In this document: positions 56,751 through 64,000 of the stretch, one piece after another
How positions within the stretch are numbered: the first letter of the stretch is position 1
Layout: every line of letters starts with the position of its first letter
Origin: Klebsormidium nitens
Taxonomy: Eukaryota > Plantae > Klebsormidiophyceae
Direction of reading: 5' to 3'
DNA length: 64,000 nucleotides
Assembly (NCBI GenBank): GCA_000708835.1
Contig: DF237340.1
Span: 1-64,000 of the forward strand
Notes under the pieces: generated by a model
What the model saw: only the letters and a program-made list of their open reading frames with translations
What the model was told of the DNA's origin: nothing
The model's database searches: none
Translations under genes and position numbers: made by a program

Positions 56751-59700
56751 GCATTGACACATAGCGAGGACATCGACGGGCAGCGAGTCCCCGTCACAGT
56801 GAGTACGAGGCGTGAGCGGAGTTTTGGGTTCTCAAGCAAGGGCTGTCGAGCACCGTTGTACATCAGGTTGTGCAACAAATGCAGGAACTAAAGATTAAGC
56901 AGCTCATCTCTGAAGCAAGCGGAAACGGATAGTCTAATACCGCCATTCCGGCTCGCTCCCAATCTGTTTCGACGACAACCTTGCATCATGAGGCTTGGGC
57001 GAAAGGTGCATAACCCAACTGGTGCGCAAGCGCATCAGTCTGAATAATCCGCGTCGCCGATCTACAATATCCGAGGTAAACAATTCCGAACGAGCGGATG
57101 GCAATTTAGACTCTACATAAGCTGTTCGAACTCCCTGATCGAGGAAGTGGTGAGTCTGCCAGTTCTGATTGTCAGAAGGGAACTGTTTGCCTTTGCTCAA
57201 ACAGGACGGAAAGGAAGACGCCGCCTGGTATGAAATGCGGCAGCGAAAGAACCGGAGTACAAGTCGGAAATACGAAGGCGGTAAGTTCTCAGCCGGAGGA
57301 AAGGGCTTCAACTGCACAGACGCACTGTGAAAGGCGCCTAGGAATAGTCGGCATGTCTCTGACAAATGGCATGTCAATCTGTAAAGTTCGTCATAGGCAG
57401 TCGCAGATTTGGCCCAGAAAGACCGGTGATGAAGCCTGATGTAGCCACAACAATCTGTCTCCAAAAAATAATAGCATTTAGAGAGGTTTGAGGAAGACAG
57501 GAGAGGAGCCAGAATGAGTTGTGAGTGTTAAGTTGCCGGACCCGCAGATCTTTGCAAAGACTCAAACGTATGCGCGAGCCAGGATACGGAGCACACGCTG
57601 ACAAAGAAAGTGACGATCGAGGTACACGTTTGGCACCATCGGCGGACTCCGGTTTTGCTACAAAAAAGCGTGACGAACGACATCCCCAGACGAAGAGTGG
57701 CAAGCCCTCAGAAGCTGACCTGGGAATGGCGCAACAAAGTGAACACCAGTCGCAATGTACTTCATGGACCTCTCTCGAACGAGTGAGTTTCAGAGCATCC
57801 TAGAAAACGCACTTTGTCGGAATTCAACCACTGAAGCAGCACATGCTTCTAACCTCGGCGGGTTGTATTGGACGCAATTGTTTACTTGCTGGAAAGTGCT
57901 GCGGACTGCAAAAGCCAAGTAGAGCAGGGCCTCAGAAGCTCGACTTGGCCGATGGTGATGCACGTTAGCACCAGGACTTGCATCTTCCTGGCCAGACAGT
58001 TTGATACGGATAGAGCCGCCAAACCTACCTAGAACAGGAAGAAGAACGTTGTATTGTCCAGAGAGAACCATCCTTACAAGCAGTTCCAAGACCATTTAAA
58101 GAACAAGCAGGAAGTTGGAAATGGTCAGACAGGTAGTGTGCACTTTTGAATTGTAACGCGAAAAATACAGGTAGGGACACGTGCGTCAACATCCGAACAG
58201 GAAGTAGAGCAAAAAAAGTGCGAACAATTGAAAGGACCAAGTACTTTCATCAGAGCCGGGATCGGAACGAGCTAGCAGGGATCAGCGAGAAACAGGACAA
58301 GGTGGTTGCATGATCCGTTTTCTGCAAGAAATGTCGAAGCGGCATGATCACCAAAGTGAGCGCAAAAGATAGCTAACAGAAACTTCGATTAAATACGTAC
58401 GTTCAAGCTTACCCCGAACATACAACATCGTAGCGTGCGCAGATTGCTTTTCAAAGTCGGCGTCTAGAGGGAACAGCCGCGCCTATCTTCGATCATTCTT
58501 GTCTAGAGCCATCAGGTAACCACAAGTTCCTTGACAAGATCTGCCATGGAAACAAGTCCTCATTGCTCAGAAGGGAAAAAGGCAGGCTTCGTTATCAACG
58601 ACTTCATTCAGGGGGTCAGACAGATTCAGGGTTAGGGACCGAGAGCGACTTTCAGCCAAAAATGGAGCACTTGTCAGGCAGGCCTCACGTCCAGAAACAG
58701 ATTTTCATTGGTGTTCCAAAGCACTAGTAGAAGAGCGCGTCATCGGCCTCCTTACAAGAAAAGAACTCCCATATTGCAGGAAACGGCCGTGAAGGTCGAC
58801 GGACAGAGCTGGCAGAAGAAGAGACACTTGAACCCGAAGCTATTGGCAGCAATACACGTTAAGCAAGATGACGGATCCCATGGGGCACATCAGCCGCCCG
58901 AAAGCCTTGTATGCCCGCTCTTGTCGGCAGCTCAGACACCGACAATTTTGCAGACCCGTGCGGAAATGACTGACCAGGGGCAACGGTGAGAACGTGGCAG
59001 TCCCCAAATTGCGCGCTGGGACAAGCAGCCTCCGACCCGCACAAATTTCGAACAACCAGACTTCACAGAATGACATGGGGGATCCCTCTACACGTACGAT
59101 TCAGTAGAGGGTCAAAGCCCACTTTGACCAATGCATCTCTGTGGGCCCATGGGTCGAAGCCCATGAAGTTCATCACCTGACCTTTTCAACGGAAACACGA
59201 GTGCTCAAACCCCACAACCCAGTACCGCTGCTGCCTGCCGCTTTCGCACGAAACGAAGATCAAGCCGCAGCAGTTTAAGTGGTCGTTGGTGTCTTACCTG
59301 CAAAGAAGGCACAGAACGGTGGTTAGCTGTCTTATGTCTTTGCTGCCACCTTGAAGTCAAACGCGTTGTTTTCAACCAAGCGATCTAAGAGAATAAAGTC
59401 AACGGGCACCCTCGAATAATCAGGAAGATCAACCACGGCCAACAGACGAAGCACGACACTTTTTGATAGTGCACCCTTTGTGTGACTAGCACACCTTAGA
59501 TCAAAGCTCTTCGTAACTCGAAGCTCAAAGTGCAACCTACTGGTTACGCACTCTTGGAGGCGCCCAAACCACCAAACGCTCCTCATAACACAGGTATTTG
59601 CGCAACGTTCCACGATTCGGCCAAAGACAGTCATAATCCATTACAACGCAAAGTCTGATTTAAAATCCTCGATGTCCAGGGGAGTAGCCTAGCATCCGCA

Positions 59701-60689
59701 ACCTACTATTGTAAGTCCGTGTGGAAATATCCAACGAATTGAAGGACCCCTAAGTCAGCGTGCATCTAGCCAGGAGTATTTTGCACAAAGCATTCTGCCG
59801 AACGAAACCAACCAACCAGAGAGCATTCTCAAAGGCTGGCCTTAAGTCCACGCATGGATGTGGCGCCGTCAAGGGGCCATTTTCCAGCTCATCGTGGGCC
59901 GTTTCATTCAAAAGAGGTTGCGCCAGGACAATAGGCTTCCAATGTCAAAACAGACTAGAGAAAAACTCAAGGTTCCACCGACGGATTGAAGGTTGGTGGC
60001 ATTGACAGCTCAGAAACCCAAGCATAGAACCCTCTTTGAAGAACGCAGAAAAGCAGCTCAAGTCCAAACATGCACCCGGCAGTAAAGCTCAACGGCTCGA
60101 TATCCCCGAACATAATCGAGTGACATTTTAGCTTCCTCTGTCTGAAGAGAGCTGTCACGAAAGCTGATCTGTGAGACGGGTACGGAGTGCCCCACCTGGC
60201 ATGATTATCATGGGCTATGGACAAGGAGGCAATCCTTGAACCGCTTATACGTGCAACAAAAACGATAACTCCCATCCTCACCATTTTACTGATGCAAATT
60301 AAAGAATAGAGGGAGAGAAAAGAGAGTACCGCAAAAAAGGATGAAGTGTAGATCTTTGGGATCTCTGCCACTTCAGTAAATTAGGGCATGATCCAACAAC
60401 GAGAGACACGAAGTTTCGTTTAATTTGCAATCGACATCAAAGGGCATCCTCACAGAAGACAACTTTGCGCTGAAAAGACAGCGACTCTACAAAACGCAAA
60501 CAGGCGAGAAACTACGATGTCCAAGCGGCCTAGGACACTGGTGCGTCGAATTCTTTACATTACTGCGCCAGCGTGGTTGGCTTTCATCACTGACTCCCAT
60601 ACAAACAACTTTTCGAAACGGACTGCATAGCTCTGTAGAAGCGCCCATTTCTTTGGCGAGCAACTCGACTAATCTCCGTGCCATCGGAC

Positions 60690-61342
60690 CAGCAATTCAA
60701 CCAGGGCTGGCAAGAACCAAGGCTGGCTAGTAATACTTACCAGATGGAAGTCGTTATCGGCTTGTTGAAAGAAAATGCAAAAAGCAGCAAAGCCGTAACC
60801 GGGCTCAATGCATTACTGGCAAACCCGAAACAAGCAAAGAAACGCAGCCAAGCTCACTCTAAAGAGCAGCGCTCGCCGATGGCTCCTGTGCACGGTAAGA
60901 AGTCGACCCGGATTGGGGTGCAAGAGCTACCTTCTGTACTGAGGAATGATGGCAGAACTAGACGCCACCCAAGAATCATCATTGCATGGCCAGAAAAAGA
61001 AAGCGGTGTTCGTGGGCATCAAGCTGATTCTAAGAAGACTGACATCAAAGGTCTTCTTCTCTGGTTGAGGCAGTGGTGAAAAAAAGCGATGCGGCAAGCA
61101 CGTCACGTCAAATCCCGGGCACTTGTTGGTCGCTTCGCAGCACGGCAACCGTTTCCGGAGCGTGTGTGGCCCAACTAGTTCCTCAGATATTCGTTGGTAG
61201 CAATGGAAACGGAACTTACGTTCCAAAGCAACGCCTCCGACAACATGATGAGCTCGGTGCCTGGTGGCATCGGATCGTGATCTCGTCATTGGCAAAGTCT
61301 ATGTGCGCAAGCGATGGCTTGACATAAGCCCTTCCAAGTAAC
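60690..61342 (-). repeat. Decayed repeat unit, copy 3 (truncated by gap)
   Basis: AATTCAACCAG, GCTCGCCGATGGCTCC, GTGGGCATC and TTCC(A/G)AAGCAACGCCTCC (61221-61238 vs 51605-51622) are colinear with copies 1 and 2. Confidence 0.7.
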
Positions 61343-61917
61343 NNNNNNNNNNNNNNNNNNNNNNNNNNNNNNNNNNNNNNNNNNNNNNNNNNNNNNNNNN
61401 NNNNNNNNNNNNNNNNNNNNNNNNNNNNNNNNNNNNNNNNNNNNNNNNNNNNNNNNNNNNNNNNNNNNNNNNNNNNNNNNNNNNNNNNNNNNNNNNNNNN
61501 NNNNNNNNNNNNNNNNNNNNNNNNNNNNNNNNNNNNNNNNNNNNNNNNNNNNNNNNNNNNNNNNNNNNNNNNNNNNNNNNNNNNNNNNNNNNNNNNNNNN
61601 NNNNNNNNNNNNNNNNNNNNNNNNNNNNNNNNNNNNNNNNNNNNNNNNNNNNNNNNNNNNNNNNNNNNNNNNNNNNNNNNNNNNNNNNNNNNNNNNNNNN
61701 NNNNNNNNNNNNNNNNNNNNNNNNNNNNNNNNNNNNNNNNNNNNNNNNNNNNNNNNNNNNNNNNNNNNNNNNNNNNNNNNNNNNNNNNNNNNNNNNNNNN
61801 NNNNNNNNNNNNNNNNNNNNNNNNNNNNNNNNNNNNNNNNNNNNNNNNNNNNNNNNNNNNNNNNNNNNNNNNNNNNNNNNNNNNNNNNNNNNNNNNNNNN
61901 NNNNNNNNNNNNNNNNN
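61343..61917. other. Assembly gap (575 N)
   Basis: Run of N. Confidence 1.
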
Positions 61918-64000
61918 TGTTACGGCGTTACTTCACCTGAGGTGATACATAGGGCGTCACGCTGATAAACGGGTGCTACTACAGGCTCCAAAAGACAGCG
62001 TGGACACGCAAGGCCAGCGGGCGGCTGTCAAAAAAGCAGGATGGAATCCGAAAGATACGTCAAGATAGCTTGAGACGGACTTTAGATTCGTCTTTTTTTT
62101 TGGCGCAAGTGTGGCGATTATGTTTAGGGACACGCCACCAAGCTTCTCAAAGCGCACACTACCCTTGATGCGTATTCCGACCGGGTTTGGATCTGTGCAC
62201 CAGCAATGAAAAATCAGTGTACCAGAGGAGGTACATTGATTGGCAGGTGTTCAGAGAACTTTGGTACGATGCTGCTGCCCATCTGAATCTAGAGTGGGCA
62301 TTGATTCCAAATGAGCGCACTCATTCACAAACTGCAAGCTTTGACAGCCCTTCAGGAGAAATCTTTTTACCATTTGCAATTGTTCGCCGTCCTTGCACCC
62401 TTGTAAGTCTGGTTGGCACCGCATGAGAGCACCAAGGAATCATACGCTGGGTTCGTCATTGGCATCCTGCTCCGCGAGGGACAGAGTGGGGCGTAATGAT
62501 CAGCGGCTCGGAGCCCAAGTGTGACGTCAGCCAAAAGGGCCACAAAACAGAGAAACCTTGGACCGAAATCCCGCTATTGAAACGCAATTTGAACGTCCTG
62601 CTCTTGGCATTCCATCACCATGGTCGGCACTCCTCATCAGCGGCTGAAATTTATATTCCTCACTGATGGCACTATCACCTGTGCTCCCTTAAACGTTCAA
62701 AAAGTACAAATAAGACTGATCGCGCCAGTTTCCGTCAGACAAACCGCAGCACTCTATCACGGCAATCGCGGTGTTCCAATGAGTCGAGCTCGTTCTTAGC
62801 CTCGTTTCACAAGACGGGTACCAACATAGTCGACCAATATCCGCAAAGAAACGCATATTGAAAAGGCCCTTTTGTGTACGGTCTCTGAACAGTTGAGACA
62901 CATGAGGCTTTCCGAGCAGCGCGTGCGCACATCGATCTGCTCGTTGCAGATGGATCTCGAAGCGGAGTAACCACTAAGAACGCGCACGCGTACTCAGCTC
63001 GACCTCTCTTCCATAGGATAGCAATTGAGAGCCCAAAACAGGGACACGGATTTGCCGTCAATGACTTTCAGCCTCACACAACGCTACTGGCAGAACACTC
63101 TGGCCTTGCAAATCCTCCTATACTAACACGCGTGATCGCGTCAGTCGTTCGCAAGCATTACTGGACAGGGGTTGATTGATTGACGAATATGTCAGCGTCC
63201 TGGATCAGAAACATTAGACGCCTGGAATTTAGAAAGCTTCAGTCACGTACCTAGGAGCTGGCATTTCCTGATGCTCTTTGGCACCACCTTGAGGTCGTCA
63301 TAGGCACTGTTTGACTCGAAATGCCAAACAAAACTCTTCTCTGCAGAACAAAGACGCAGAACAAAGACGCTGTTTGAAGTGATAGAAATTGAATTGTTCA
63401 TGCCGCCTAGGGAGGGTTGCTTGTCTGACTGGCTTGCAAGTGGGCACTGCGTGAAGACCTCGTCAAATTGGCTTTGGTCCCGATTCTAAGAAAGCCTTAC
63501 GAACAGACGGACTAGGTCTCCGAGAATGAAAGCAGGTTAAAAAGGTTGAAGCTGCCGAAGCGTTTCACCGCGAGTGCGTGCCATCGCAGCAGCTGCAATC
63601 GGCATGACACGCAAAATAGGTCATGCGGAGCTCGTCATTGGCACAACGACGATCACGGATGCACCTGCTGAGGGCCTATCTTTAATTTCCGGGCACCTGT
63701 GCTTCACAACCCAGCTACCGCCGGCTTCTGCCCCAAGAAAAGGGTTAGGATCTACGCGAGTTTGCACCAACACATTGAGCGCCTGCAAGGGCAGCGGCAG
63801 AAAAGGGACCCAGCATGATGCGAGGCCAGAACAGCCAAAGAAGGGTGAACGGACTGCAGCCAGACCTGATGAAACAGGGGGAGCAATGGGCTGCTTTGTA
63901 CGCTGAAGGTCGGACTCGGTTGAAAGCGCGAGAGGTGCCTTCCTAACGGACGAGAGACTGTGGCAGAAGTAAAGCGCCACGGCGTGAAATTTTCATTGGC

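Noticed and set aside
54745-63642. Apparent ~1.17-kb spacing between some motif copies
   Set aside because: One interval spans an N gap of estimated length and the flanks do not align at that period.

Overview
Eukaryotic genomic scaffold with two N gaps. The host is probably a charophyte green alga such as Klebsormidium; this is inferred from the intron-dense gene and DNMT-carrying Ty3/Gypsy elements, not shown directly. (1) 750-27306: two divergent Ty3/Gypsy-type retrotransposons, each with gag(CCHC), protease, C5 DNA methyltransferase, RT, RNase H, DDE integrase and PHD finger. Both are slightly decayed, and element 1 (750-16745, minus) appears inserted in the leader of element 2 (plus). 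(2) 28662-40136: a class I-type PI3K gene on the minus strand, 21 exons traced by hand. (3) ~41-64 kb: decayed, same-orientation repeats with a ~4.85 kb period and a strand-biased CTCGTCATTGGC motif. Main discovery: these DDE-integrase elements lack normal LTRs. Element 1 has split direct repeats (A1-PBS-ORFs-PPT-B1-GC-A2-B2), the layout of tyrosine-recombinase PAT/Ngaro elements, yet it has TG...CA ends and a 4-bp TSD. Element 2 has the same B1-GC-A2-B2 3' end; its 5' end is not in the window. An 18-bp palindromic CA-GC-TG junction is conserved between the two, and element 1 has a 20-nt self-complementary PBS. The simplest model is a self-primed element whose 2-LTR circle is opened by integrase at an internal att site.
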